From Eledone cirrhosa (taxonomy: Eukaryota): a DNA stretch of 64,000 nt. Each line of letters begins with the position of its first letter. Positions within the stretch are counted from its first letter, which is position 1. The position numbers and the translations under genes are program-made. The notes under the pieces are model-generated. The model was not told the DNA's origin. It worked only from the letters and a program-made list of their open reading frames with translations, and made no database searches. The stretch covers positions 48,298,001 through 48,362,000 of the forward strand of contig OZ024751.1 in the NCBI GenBank assembly GCA_964016885.1, given 5' to 3'. This document shows positions 15,851-29,960 of this stretch, in pieces.

Positions 15851-17020
15851 TTATGTTTTAATAATATCCAGACTTCGTCGTTGGAGCACCTAAATGAGAG
15901 GTAACTAATATTCTTAAATAATTAAACATACAAATTAATGAAGGAACACACCAATATAAAGAATAATTATTGATACTTAATCCTATAAAATAATGGGTTC
16001 TGATTTAGGCACAAGGTCAGCAATTATCTCCAGTGCATTACTGGTACTTTATTTTATCGATCCCTTAAGGATGAAAGGCAAAGCATAGTGTCCGCGAAGC
16101 ATGGTGTCCGACGCTCTACCGATTCTGCCAAAGGCAAAAGGCCAGTAATTTTTCAAGAAGGGATAATCGATTATATCAAGCTTAGTATCTCACCTCTACT
16201 TTATTTATCCGCCTTGGATGGGTGAAAGAGAAGTTTGACGTCGTTGGGATTAGATCTCTGAACTTAGAGAGCCAGAGGAAATACTACAAGGCATTTTGTT
16301 TATCGGACCAACAGCTCAACTACCATACTGATTAAAAAAAAATAAAACAGCTCTCCACTAAGTAATCAAAGAATACGAAGGGGACCAACATCACACTCAA
16401 GGCCATTGGACAGCTATGGTGCCTCCACATACATGCCTGCAACTTGATGACAATTGAAATGTCTTTCACGGAGCATTGAATGACGCGAGATCCTACTACA
16501 GCATGGTTACAATTTATGTCACGAACCTGCACAACACCAGGCGAGGCCAGGCTAGACTAGGCTAGACCCCTATCTTCTAGGTCCTTATCCATCAACACCA
16601 AAACAGACCTTTACAGGTCTGCTTCGCCTCCTCTACCTTTTCTTTCTCTAGCATCTATTCGAGAACAGCTCTCGCTTGTCTCATCTTGGGCAAGAATATT
16701 ATATTTTTGACCGTCACAATTATTGAGAGTCATAAAGGAAAATATAAACGAATGGATATTTTTTTTTCTTCTGTGAAATAATCAACGCTGCGCAGTTTAA
16801 TACCTTGAAAATTTCTCAATATTTTATCTTGGGCGGGGAAGTGGATGAGTATAGTTGTCAATAGTTGTTGCTAAAATTTCTGTGTTAATTTAGATTACAA
16901 ACAACAACAATAAACACCCCACCACCAACAAACAAACAAACAAAAAATGGCTTCCTTTAGTTGTCAATAACTTCAGTCTTGTGGAATGGCGGAAAGGTGG
17001 GTTCTTTGAAGTTTATGGAA

Positions 17021-17064
<44 letters not shown>

Positions 17065-17540
17065 ATACACACACAGACACACACACGCTCATACACGGAC
17101 ACACACACACGCACGCTCATAATTCAGTCAAACACACACACACATGCTCATACATACACACAACACACTCACAGACTGAGACACACACACATACACACAC
17201 TCATACAGACAATCATACATATAGACACACACAATCATACACACACATGTACACACACATACATACATACACACGGACAGGCACACACACTTAGTAACGG
17301 ATGGAAACAACGTGGTGATAGACGTTGATAGATGGACATTTTGTTGGACAAGTATTATTTGATGTAGTTGATGTATTTCAAGTGAACCCTTCTTCACATC
17401 ATTGAGAAAAACAAAACAAGGCCAAACAAATGCTTGATTAGGTTGAGAGGGAAAAATACTGAAATGAAGGTAAATCACAAAGTAACGATAAAACAAAAGA
17501 ATGCGAAGGGAACGGAGGAAAAATAATCATCAATAATAAC

Positions 17541-17728
17541 AATGGTTTCTTGTTTAGGCACAAGACCTGCAATTACCCTAGTTCATTACTGGTACTTTTT
17601 TTTATCGACCCTGTAAGGATGAAAGGCAAAGTTAACCCCGGCGAGATTTGACCCCAGAATGGCAAGGGACGTAACTCTATGCTACAAAGCGTGGTGTCTG
17701 ACCTTCTACTGATACTGCCAATCCACCG
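17541..17728 (-). mobile_element. tRNA-derived SINE family A
   Basis: Near-consensus copy immediately upstream of the Tx1 LINE. Confidence 0.88.
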
Positions 17729-17750
17729 AATAATGGTTTCTTCTTTAGGC

Positions 17751-19742
17751 GCAATCCCGACCAGGTCCATACACGACAACTTCCACCTCATGCGATACAT
17801 CATAGAGAGGGTAGGGTGTAAACCCGGCTTCGGTGGGGGCCCTGATCAACTTGGATCAGTCTAAGGCTTTCGATAGGGTTGACCATCGTTACCTGGATGC
17901 GGTGCTCGAGGCGGTAGGCTTCGGACTCGTGTTCAGGGGCTGGATTACTGCAATGCACAGCAGCAACATCTGCTCAATGGTCAAGGTGAATGGCTACTTC
18001 TCGGAGCCGTTCCATATCACGCGATCCATCCGACAGGGATGCTCTCTCTCCTCCTTTCTGTATGTACTGACTCTCGAGCCACTACTGCGGAAGTTGGAGC
18101 TATTGCAGGGCATCCCTTTGGAACCGGGATTGCGAAAAGCGGCGTCTGCTTACGCCGACGACGTGACAGTAATGGTGTCGAGCACCTCGCAAATAGGGGA
18201 GGTCGGCACCTTACTGGAGGAATACGAAAGGTTCATAGGAGCGAAGCTGAACCGGGACAAATCCGTCGGTTTGCAACTCGGAACGTGGAGAGGCAAACCG
18301 ATGCCTTCTGATGGCGTCGTCAGACGCTGGAAGGAAGGACCAGTAAAGCTGCTCGGGGTCTGGTTTGGTCCGGACTTCCAGATGGAGAAGAACTGGAACG
18401 AGGTGACGGCCAAGGTGTTTGCGCTCACCCAGAAGTGGGCCGAGTGCAAACTATCCTTGAAAGGTCGAGCGGAGGTGGCGAACACTTTTATAGCGTCCGT
18501 CATCTTCTACCGCTTGACCGTCGTGCCTTGTCCAGCAAAATCGCTCACCAAAATGGAGCGCGCGCTCTTCCAATTCCTTTGGAAGAACCGGGCTCCTTTG
18601 GTGAGAAGATCCATCTGCTGCCAACACCCCTTAAACGGAGGGCTGGGGATGCCGTGGTTGACGATGCGCAAACACGCGCTCATGCTGCGGCACCTCCACG
18701 TATTCCTCACCAGACAACCGGTGTGGGCCCCGTTCATGAGGCGAGCCTTCCCACGACTCGTCTCGCTGACCGAGGCGCAGTCCTGGGTCAAGCAAAGACC
18801 GAGGAAAATGGGCGACTGGCTCAGGCGGGGTCATCGAATGTGCTCAGGCGCTGACAGTCCTCTGGCAAACGGACCCGGCGATCAGTGGAGACTCCACTTC
18901 GACATTCTATAGAGGGTTGGTCCGCAGCAAGTGCAACGACACGCTCGGAGAAACTCTAAGCGTAGAGGAGGACGAACTGGCCAGTCTGTTCGGTAGGACC
19001 TTCTGCCCGGGACCAATGGACAACTTCCAAATGTCCCTGGCCTGGCAGTGCTACGGAGGAGCTCTACCAGTTCGAGACAAGCTCTACAGACACGGGCGTC
19101 CGGGTAGGAACCCTTCGAAAAAGATCTGTCCGAGAAGCGTGCGCGACGAGGAAACCGTCGCGCACGCATTTGTACACTGACCGGGCGTTACCGACCTGTG
19201 GGGCTATGTAGAACGACTATTGTCGCGGGTGGGACCAATCCAGTTGACCACCAAGTCCATTATCATGATCAAACCGCCACCCCCCTTCAAAAACTATGGT
19301 GAAAGAGGTTATATGGTGGACGAGGTTAAAAGGGCTGAGGTCAGACACCTTTCTCTCCGGCGAGCAACTGATTCGTTTTTTCAAATATCATTTTGGAAGA
19401 AGGATCAGGATGGAGAGAGAGGTGCTGTACCCCAGAAAATTTTATAAAAGGTGGGTGAATGTGGCAAAGATGGCCCGAGTGGTTGGGCCTTCTCTCTATA
19501 TAAGCCTGTAGGTTGAGGAAAAAGAGGAAGAGAGGAAGGGAGTACTCACTCTTGGTGCTCCTGGAGATGAGGGTTGTACATTTTTTCGGGGTGTGTACAA
19601 CCCCTGTGTAACGCCTCCCCCTATTGGGGATTTCAATTGTTATTTGTTATTTTATTAATAGTTTTATTTTCATATACCTGTATGTAAACTTCCCATTTGT
19701 ATTTGTCCCCTTCTTTTGTGCCCGTGTGGCTAATAAAGAAAT
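17751..19742 (+). mobile_element. L1/Tx1-clade LINE, 5'-truncated and frameshifted (RT + C-terminal zinc-knuckle region)
   Basis: AIPTRSIHDN, LDQSKAFDRVDH, IRQGCSLS, AYADD, LSLKGR, GGLGMP, CPR..ETVAHAFVH. Coding ends near 19511. The 3' UTR ends AATAAAGAAA followed by (TATC)n. Confidence 0.9.
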
Positions 19743-19813
19743 TTATCTATCTATCTATTTATCTATCTATCTATATATCTATCTATGTGTGTATCTATCT
19801 CTCGATCTATCTA

Positions 19814-19900
19814 TTTTACACGACTGTAATTAAAATTCCCGCCATATTTATTTATATTGACCCCCTTTCTTGTGCGCCCTTGTGGCAAATAAAGAAATCT
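19814..19900 (+). mobile_element. Tx1 3'-end stub nested in the (TATC)n tail
   Basis: Matches the 3' end at 40795-40873 (…CCCCTTT.CTTGTGCGCCCTTGTGGCAAATAAAGAAATCTA). Confidence 0.75.
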
Positions 19901-20689
19901 ACTCCCATTACATCTGGCATCTATCTCAATGAAATATTTCTCCAAATCTTCTGTAACTCTCCTTCAACTTATTCCGCCTGTTGATTTGTTTTATAAACTA
20001 TATTTCTTCTTTCTGTTTTTAATTTTGTAGCATAAAATACAAACACAAAATCACACAAACACTAGAAAAAAAAAAGAAAATACAACAGCAGCAAAATTAT
20101 TAACAACAACAATACCAATCACTACAATAACATCCACCCACACCCACACCCCCCACACCCCACCCCCCACACCACCCACCCCCACCCACCCACACCCCCC
20201 ACCCCCCCCACCCCCACCAACAACAACAACCACCACACACCACACCAACCATAACAACAACCACAACCCCACCACCCACCCCACAACCCACACCACACCA
20301 CCACCCCCAAACCCACCCCACACCCCACCCACACCAACACAACCCCCCCACACCCCACCAACACCCCCCCCCACAACCCACCCCCCACCACCACCCACCA
20401 CCCCCAACACCAACAACAACCAACACCAAACAACAACAACCACTACCAAACCAATAACAACCACTACCAAACCAAACACCACACCAACACACAACAACAC
20501 CACAACCAACACAACAAACCACAACAACAACAATAACAACACTACACAAACAATAACAACCATCACAACAATCTACACAACAATCAACAACCACACAACA
20601 ACAACAACATACTAACAACACACAACAATACACCACCACACTTAACAACATAACAACAACACCAACATCACCACAACACCACAACAACC

Positions 20690-21760
20690 ACACCACAATA
20701 ACAACCACCACCCACAATAACAACCACCACCACCACACCACAATAACAACCACCAACATCACCACAATACAACCACCAACATCACCACAATAACAACCAC
20801 CAACATCACCACAATAACAACCACCACATCACCACAATAACAACCACCAACATCACCACAATAACAACCACCAACATCACCACAATAACAACCACCAACA
20901 TCACCACAACACCACCACATCACCACAATAACAACCACCAACATCACCACAATAACAACCACCAACATCACCACAATAACAACCACCAACATCACCACAA
21001 TAAACAACCACCAAACATCACCACAATAACAACTACCAACATCACCACAATAACAACCACCAACATCACCACAATAACAACCACCAACATCACCACAATA
21101 ACAACCACCAACATCACCACAATAACAACTACCAACATCACCACAATAACAACTACCAGCATCACCACAATAACAAATACCAACATCACACACAATAACA
21201 ACCACCAACATCACCACAATAACAACTACCAACATCACCACAATAACAACTACCAACATCACCACAATAACAACCACCAACATCACCACAATAACAACCA
21301 CCAACATCACCACAATAACAACTACCAACATCACCACAATAACAACCACCAACATCACCACAATAACAACCACCAACATCACCACAATAACAACCACCAA
21401 CATCACCACAATAACAACCACCGACATCACCACAATAACAAATTACCAACGTCACCACAATAACAACCACCAACATCACCACAATAACAACCACCAACAT
21501 CACCACAATAACAACCAGCAACATCACCACAATAACAACCAGCAACATCACCACAATAACAACCACCAACATCACCACAATAACAACCAGCAACATCACC
21601 ACAATAACAACCAGCAACATCACCACAATAACAACCACCAACATCACCACAATAACAACCACCAACGTCACCACAATAACAACTACCAACATCACCACAA
21701 TAACAACCACCAACATCACCACAATAACAACTACCAACATCACCACAATAACTACTACCA
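20690..21760. repeat. 24-bp minisatellite (CACCAACATCACCACAATAACAAC)n
   Basis: Direct reading. Gives the VVVIVVML repeat ORFs. Confidence 0.92.
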
Positions 21761-21999
21761 GAACAACAATAACAACAACCGCATCAACAGCAGTAACAAC
21801 AAAGAACCAATAGAAAAGATAAAATAAAAGGAAAGAGAACTAGATGATGAGACAGTGGCAGTTTAGAGAATTTTCTAGAAAATATGGAAACAGAATAACA
21901 TTTATGTTTCCGAAATATTCCTCAATGTCGTCTGCTGAAAAATGGAACAATATGAAAGGAAAAAACAAACACAAACAAACAAAAACAACAACAACAGTA

Positions 22000-22600
22000 A
22001 TAATTGTTTCTACTTTTGGCACAAGTCCAGCAATTATCCCAGTGTATAACTGGTGTTTTATTTTGTCGACGCCGTAAGGATGAAAGGCAAAGCTAACCTC
22101 GGCGGGATTTGAACTCAGACCATAACGGGCCATAACTCTTTGCTGTAAAGCAAGGCGTCAGACCCTCTACCGATACTGCCAATCCGCCGGATTTCTCTAT
22201 TATAGGCACAAGGCCAGTAATTTGGGGATGGGAAATTCGATTAAATCGACCCTAGTACGTTACTGGTACTTTATTTTATCGACCCGTAAGGATGAAAGGC
22301 AAAGTTAACTACGGTAACATTTGAACTCAGATCGTAAAGGACCGTAACTCTATGCTGAAAAGCATGGTGTCCGACTCTCTACCGATACTGCCAATCCACC
22401 ACCCTAATAGTAATAATTGTTTCTACGTTTGGCACAAGGCCAGCAATTACCCAGTACATTACTGGTACTTTATTTCATCGACCCCGTAAGGATGAAAGGC
22501 AAAGTTAACCTCGACAGGATTTGAAGTCAGACCATAAAAGGACGTAACTATGCTGGAAAGCATGGTGGCCGACCCTCTACCGATACTGCCAACCCACTGC
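22000..22600 (-). mobile_element. Three tandem SINE family A copies
   Basis: Three consecutive GGCACAAG...GGATGAAAGGCAAAG...CTCTACCGATACTGCCAA units. The middle copy retains the longer GTCGATTTAATCGA insert. Confidence 0.88.
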
Positions 22601-23073
22601 CCGAATAGTAATAATAATAACAAGACTGACACATTGCTAACTAACCAAATTGTTAGTCCCAATATTTCGTATGGGTAACCTCAGAGGAATCTGACATTGT
22701 CTTTCTTATTCACTGTTTATTTTGAAAATTGAGACCAAATTATTACTAACATAACAATCAGCCATTCTTGTCCTTTTATTTTCCTCCTTCCAATTTTTGC
22801 TTTCTACCTCATCTCCTTCAATTCCCTTCCGACATGTTGCCATGGTATTTCAAACTCACATGCACTGTACAGCTTCGTAAACATACCCACATTTCATATA
22901 TGTCTGTCTGTCTGTATATATATATATATATATATATATACAGACATACATATTCATATATGTATATATATTTTGTGTAAATATTTATATATAAATATAT
23001 GTATATAAGCATAATCATGTATGTATATGCATATAAGGGTAAGTATGTACACACACACATTATACACACACAT

Positions 23074-23134
<61 letters not shown>

Positions 23135-23174
23135 TATACATATATATGTATGTATATATATATATATATATATG

Positions 23175-23244
<70 letters not shown>

Positions 23245-23248
23245 CATA

Positions 23249-23314
<66 letters not shown>

Positions 23315-23323
23315 CATACATAC

Positions 23324-23384
<61 letters not shown>

Positions 23385-23387
23385 TAT

Positions 23388-23478
<91 letters not shown>

Positions 23479-24007
23479 CATACATACATACACATATATA
23501 TATATATATACATACATATAGTCAGATACCCATACATAGCATGTTCAGTTATGTAAATACATAATCAAAATTATCAGAGATATTACTCAGGTATGAGAAA
23601 TATGCCAAGTAATAATTAAACCGAAACCAAACGTGACATCTAGCGGTAGATTGGAACAACACAAAACTGATAATGGTTTTAATAATATGTAAATCCCCCA
23701 GGTTCCCATGTGTGGTCGTCTGCTAGTTCCATTCTAATCTCCATTCTATTTTTTGTAATGGAGAAAGACGTCAGTTATCTTGATAAACGCTACTGCTTTT
23801 GGAACTAGCACAAAACAATGTATAATGTCTATATGTTTAAATGTTTATATGAGTGTGTGTGCGTGTGTGTCTGCGTGTGTGTGTGCGCGTGTGTCTATGT
23901 ATGAATGTATGTATATGTGTATACGCACATGTATGTATAAAATTATGCTTACTAGTACAAACAAACATACACTCATATATATATATATAAATTTATATGT
24001 ATATACA

Positions 24008-24063
<56 letters not shown>

Positions 24064-24135
24064 CATACACACACACACACACATATATATAAATATATTT
24101 ATATTGTTATACTTGGGGAGGGTCATATTTGTGTA

Positions 24136-24320
24136 ATAATTGTTTCTACCTTTGGCACAAGGCCAGCAATTACCCAGTACATTACTGGTACTTTATTTTA
24201 TCGACCCCGCAAGGATGAAAGGCAAAGTCAACCTCGGCGGGATTTGAACTCAGATCGTAAAGGGACGTAACTATGCTGGAAAGCATGGCGTCCGACCCTC
24301 TACCGATATTGCCAATCCAC
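24136..24320 (-). mobile_element. Young SINE family A copy with GTGTAATAAT TSD, inserted into another repeat tail
   Basis: TSD at 24131-24140 and 24321-24330. The interrupted host sequence is seen uninterrupted, in the opposite orientation, at ~59108-59220. Confidence 0.88.
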
Positions 24321-24495
24321 GTGTAATAATATTGCCAGAATTAATAACAGAACACACTCACTGTTTGGTTGGTTTTCGCTTCTGTGTCTTTTATATCGGT
24401 TAATTTAATTTATTCGGTCCTCAATGTTACCATTGACTGACCAACGGTCAAAAATACAGATACACTATAGACACAAACACATATATATATAGTCT

Positions 24496-24537
24496 ATCAA
24501 AGTTCTTTCGTTGCACATCTGCAACATCGTCAGTGGT
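24496..24537 (-). ncRNA. Minimal hammerhead ribozyme-like motif (inverted partner of 25016-25057)
   Basis: Reverse complement of the 25016-25057 motif. Confidence 0.55.
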
Positions 24538-24804
24538 GCCATTATGTTTCCTCCCGTTGCATTTTATGCCTATGCCATCTTTATTTAGTCTGTTTATTTA
24601 TTTATTTGTTTATTTTTTGTCTTCTCTGCGCATGCGTTTGCGTGTGTGTATAGTGTTTTGTTTGATGCGTGTTCTTGTTTGGGTGACTGTGTATTGGTTA
24701 ATGTATTCTATCTTAGTTTACTAGTGTGTGTTTATATGTGTTTGTTGTTATTGTGCTTGTGTATGTATTTATTTATTTATTTATTTATTTATACTTCTCT
24801 TAGG

Positions 24805-24961
<157 letters not shown>

Positions 24962-25015
24962 TATTTATATATATATATATATATATAAATATATAAACAA
25001 TATACAAACAATAGC

Positions 25016-25057
25016 ACCACTGACGATGTTGCAGATGTGCAACGAAAGAACTTTGAT
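25016..25057 (+). ncRNA. Minimal hammerhead ribozyme-like motif
   Basis: ACCA-CTGACGA-T-GTTGCA gatg TGCAAC-GAAA-GAAC-T-T-TGAT. Core intact and stem II perfect; stems I and III are weak. Confidence 0.55.
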
Positions 25058-25758
25058 AAACTATATATATGCGTTTGTGTCTATATTGTATCTGTATTAT
25101 TTTTGACCGTTGGTCAGTCAATGGTAACATTGAGGACCACCAGCCAACCAGCCAGCCAATCACTCAGCCAACAAACCAATCACAAACAACCGACCAGCCA
25201 GCCAACCAGCCAGCCAACCAGCCAGCCAACCAACCAACCAACAAACCAACAAACCAACCATCCAACCAACCATCCAACCAACCAGCCAACCAGCCACCCA
25301 ACCAGCCGACCAGCCAACCAGCCAACCAGCCGACCAGCCAACCAACCAACCAATCAACCAACCAGCCAGCCAACAAAAACAAACCTAAATAGAAATACCA
25401 CAAATATAAAGCCGCTCTCTAAACACAAACGTCACAAAACACACAAAAATGTTTCATTCCATCGAAAATCGCCAAGAAAATCGCCAAAACACAAATATCT
25501 CAAGGTATGCTGGAGATGGAGTGGGGGAGTATTTCTCCCCCACCCCAACCATTTCACTATTAAGACGCCTAATACTTGTGTTCGTACGCACGTAGATACG
25601 TAAAAAAGGGTCAGTTTTTGATTGGCTAATTTTCAGTGAACGTGCTCAGTAATGGCGGTTTGGGACACAGCTTCACTATTGATAAAAGATGAAGTGTATT
25701 CTTCCGCCAAGACACACACACACAAGCTCACGTATATATATATATGTATATAAATATA

Positions 25759-25839
<81 letters not shown>

Positions 25840-25845
25840 AATATA

Positions 25846-25919
<74 letters not shown>

Positions 25920-25933
25920 TATAGATATATATG

Positions 25934-25964
<31 letters not shown>

Positions 25965-26216
25965 GTATATATATGTTTATATATATGTGTGCGTGTGTAT
26001 ATATATAATTTATGTAATATATATGTATATAATATATACATATATATATGTATATGTATGTTATATATATATATGTATATATTATATATATATTACATGA
26101 ATTATATATATATTATTATATATATACACACGCACACATATATATACATATATATTTATATATACATATATATATTATATAAACATATATGTTTATTTAT
26201 ATATATATGTATACAT

Positions 26217-26294
<78 letters not shown>

Positions 26295-26470
26295 AATATA
26301 TAATATATATATATATAATATAATATATAAAATATATATATATATATATATATATGTAGATAAATCTAAAATATATATATATATTTATATACACATGAAT
26401 ATATGTACATTCATTTTGCTGTTATTCACAAGAGATTCTGTTTAGAAAAACATAGATGTCATAAAGATAT

Positions 26471-26895
26471 ACCACCACCACCACCACCACCACCACCACC
26501 AACACCACCACCATCACCACCACCACCACCACCACCACCACCAACACCACCACCATCACCACCACCACTAACAACAACACCACCACCACCACCACAACAA
26601 CCACCACCACCACCACCACCACCACCACCACCACCACCACCACCACCAACACCACCAACACCACCACCACCACCACCACCACCACCACCACCACGACCAC
26701 CACCACCACCACCACGACCACCACCACGACCACCACCACCACCACCACCACCACCACCACCACCACCACCACCACCACCATCACCACCACCACCACCACC
26801 ACCAACACCACCATGACCACCACCACCACCACCACCATCACCACCACCACCACCACCACCACCACCACCACCACCAACACCACCATGACCACCAT
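26471..26895. repeat. (CAC)n microsatellite
   Basis: Direct reading. Confidence 0.95.
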
Positions 26896-26959
26896 CGTAA
26901 TTTAGTCGATATATTGATAAACAGGAGAATATAATGATGATGATGATATTGATACGGAT

Positions 26960-27605
26960 ATTACGTCCCTTTACGATCTGAGTTCAAATCCCGTCGAGGT
27001 TAGCCCTGCCTATCATCCTTATAGGGTCGATAAAATAAAGTACCAGTAATGCCCTGAGGTCGATTTAATCAACTTTCCCCTCTCCCTCCAAAATTGCTGG
27101 CCTAACCCTAACCCTTTATAATCTGAGTTCAAATCCCGCCGAGGTTAACTTTGCCTTTCATCCTTACGGGGTCGATAACATAAAGCACCAGTAATACACT
27201 GGGGTCGATTTAATCGACTTTCCCCTACTCCCAAAATTGCTGGCCTTGTGCCTCAATCAGAAATCATTATTACTATTGTTATTGTTATTATTAGTAGTAA
27301 TAGGGCGGTGAATTGGCAGTATCAGTAGAGGGTCGGATGCCATGCTTTCTAGCATAGTTATGTCCCTTTACTGTCTGAGTTCAAATACCGCCGAGGTTAA
27401 CTTTTCCTTTTATCCTTACGGGGTCGATAAAATAAAGTACCAGTAATGTACTGGGATAATTGCTGGCTTTGTGCCAAAAGTAGAAACAGAGTTCAAATCC
27501 CGCCGAGGTTAACTTTGCCTTTTATCCTTATAGAGTCGATAAAATAAAGTACCAGTAATGTACTGGTATAATTGCTGGCCTTGTGCCAAAAGTTGAATCA
27601 ATTAT
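26960..27605 (+). mobile_element. Cluster of four SINE family A copies or fragments
   Basis: Four GAGTTCAAAT..CG.CGAGG units: two long-form and two short-form. Confidence 0.85.
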
Positions 27606-27908
27606 TATTAGTAGTAATAGAAGTGGCAGTAGTAATTCCTTATTTTAGTTACTTAATGTATAAATAGTTTGCTGTAGTTTCTTTGTATGACCAATATGTA
27701 CTTCAATTCAACAATCATTTGCCTGAACTTCTCTCCCTCATACAAGAAACAGGCAGAGAAGTTAGAGCACTTTAAAACTGACCATTCTCAAGAAAAACAA
27801 GCCTAAAGTACACAACGACAGCAGCAACAACACCATCTTCATTGAATAATACAAACTCCATTCAACTATGGAAACATAAAATGTTAACAACGCCTAATTG
27901 GACCTTAG

Positions 27909-28091
<183 letters not shown>

Positions 28092-28213
28092 GACTCTCAG
28101 ACGACAACATTTACGTTTTGTTTTGAGAGAGCAGACCGCGAAATTGCTTGTTATTCCTTTCCCTACCACACCCACCCTCAATCTCTCTCTCACACACAGA
28201 CAAGCACACTTTC

Positions 28214-28278
<65 letters not shown>

Positions 28279-28435
28279 TTGTATGTATGTATATAAGCAA
28301 TTCCGCTGTTCGAAACACCAACCAAAATCTAAATAACATATATTTACACTTTTCACATTTACAATCGATTCAATACAAACACATACAGATCAATTAAGGG
28401 CATAATCGATTTTCGTTGGAATTTTTGATTTTTGC

Positions 28436-28650
<215 letters not shown>

Positions 28651-28658
28651 CATATGTG

Positions 28659-28721
<63 letters not shown>

Positions 28722-28834
28722 ATGTAGATATATATATATATATATGTGTGTGTGTATATATACATATATATATATATTTATAATATGTGTGTATGTTTAT
28801 TTGTATATAAAGTTGCATGAATTTATATGTGGAA

Positions 28835-28972
<138 letters not shown>

Positions 28973-29143
28973 GAATAGAGAATGAGAGAAATATTTAGAG
29001 AGTAAAGGAATATGAGCCACAATATAAGCTTGTAAGTAGAAGAGGTCTTATGAATATTTAAATTATTGCTAAAGAGATTTTTCTCTCGCCAACTTTGCTA
29101 TTTATCGACTTGATGTAAACTGGTCTGGAAAAGAACAACAGTT

Positions 29144-29185
<42 letters not shown>

Positions 29186-29222
29186 GCAGCAGCAGCAGCA
29201 GCAGCAACACCACCACCACCAA

Positions 29223-29254
<32 letters not shown>

Positions 29255-29797
29255 GTATCAGTTGCAATAACAATACATCGAATTTTCCTTAATGATCTTA
29301 GGAAAAAAACAGTAAAAGAGTATTATAGCTGAACCGTTGGAACGTCGAGAAAAAGGTCTCGTGGTTGTTTGTTTCTACCCCATATTTTACATTCAGATCC
29401 CACCAAGGTCAATTTTCCCTTTCATCACACTGGTATCGATAATATAAAGTACCTGTCAAATAATGGGGTCGATTTAAATGGCTCACTCCATGTACTTGAA
29501 AATGTTGGCCTAGTATCTAAATTAAAACCATTAAAGTGTTCTCGACAGGAAGAAAGTTCAGTGTCGAACAAAATGTGTTGTAGTATTTGGTTCGGCTCTT
29601 TGTATTCCGGTTTAAAACTACGCAAAGTTAACTTTGTTTTTCATCCTTTTGGGATCGATTAAATAAAATACCAGTAAAGTACTGAGGTCGATGTAATCAA
29701 CACTACCCTGTCCCACCCCAACATTACTAGCCTAGTGTCTAATGTAGAAATTATTATTACTGATAGACAAGGGGGCGGATTTAGAAAATCGTTAGAA

Positions 29798-29960
29798 CAG
29801 GCATGGTCAACCTTTTCGAGCACTGGCCCGCATAGGATGTGGCTCATCATAAGGCGGGCCGCATAACTAAAAATATTGAAAGCAATTTTGAAATTAGACG
29901 TACCATTCAGAAATCCAAACGAGCCTCATGCGGCTCACGGGTGCAGTTTGACCCTGACTG
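29798..29960. mobile_element. hAT-like MITE inserted in a SINE head
   Basis: CAGGCATGGTCAACC ... GTTTGACCCTGACTG imperfect TIRs, plus GGCCCGCA/GGGCCGCA motifs similar to the 13469 MITE. Confidence 0.55.

Noticed and set aside
20100-20690. C/A-only degenerate stretch grading into the 24-bp minisatellite
   Set aside because: Could be low-quality consensus rather than biology. Not interpretable without reads.
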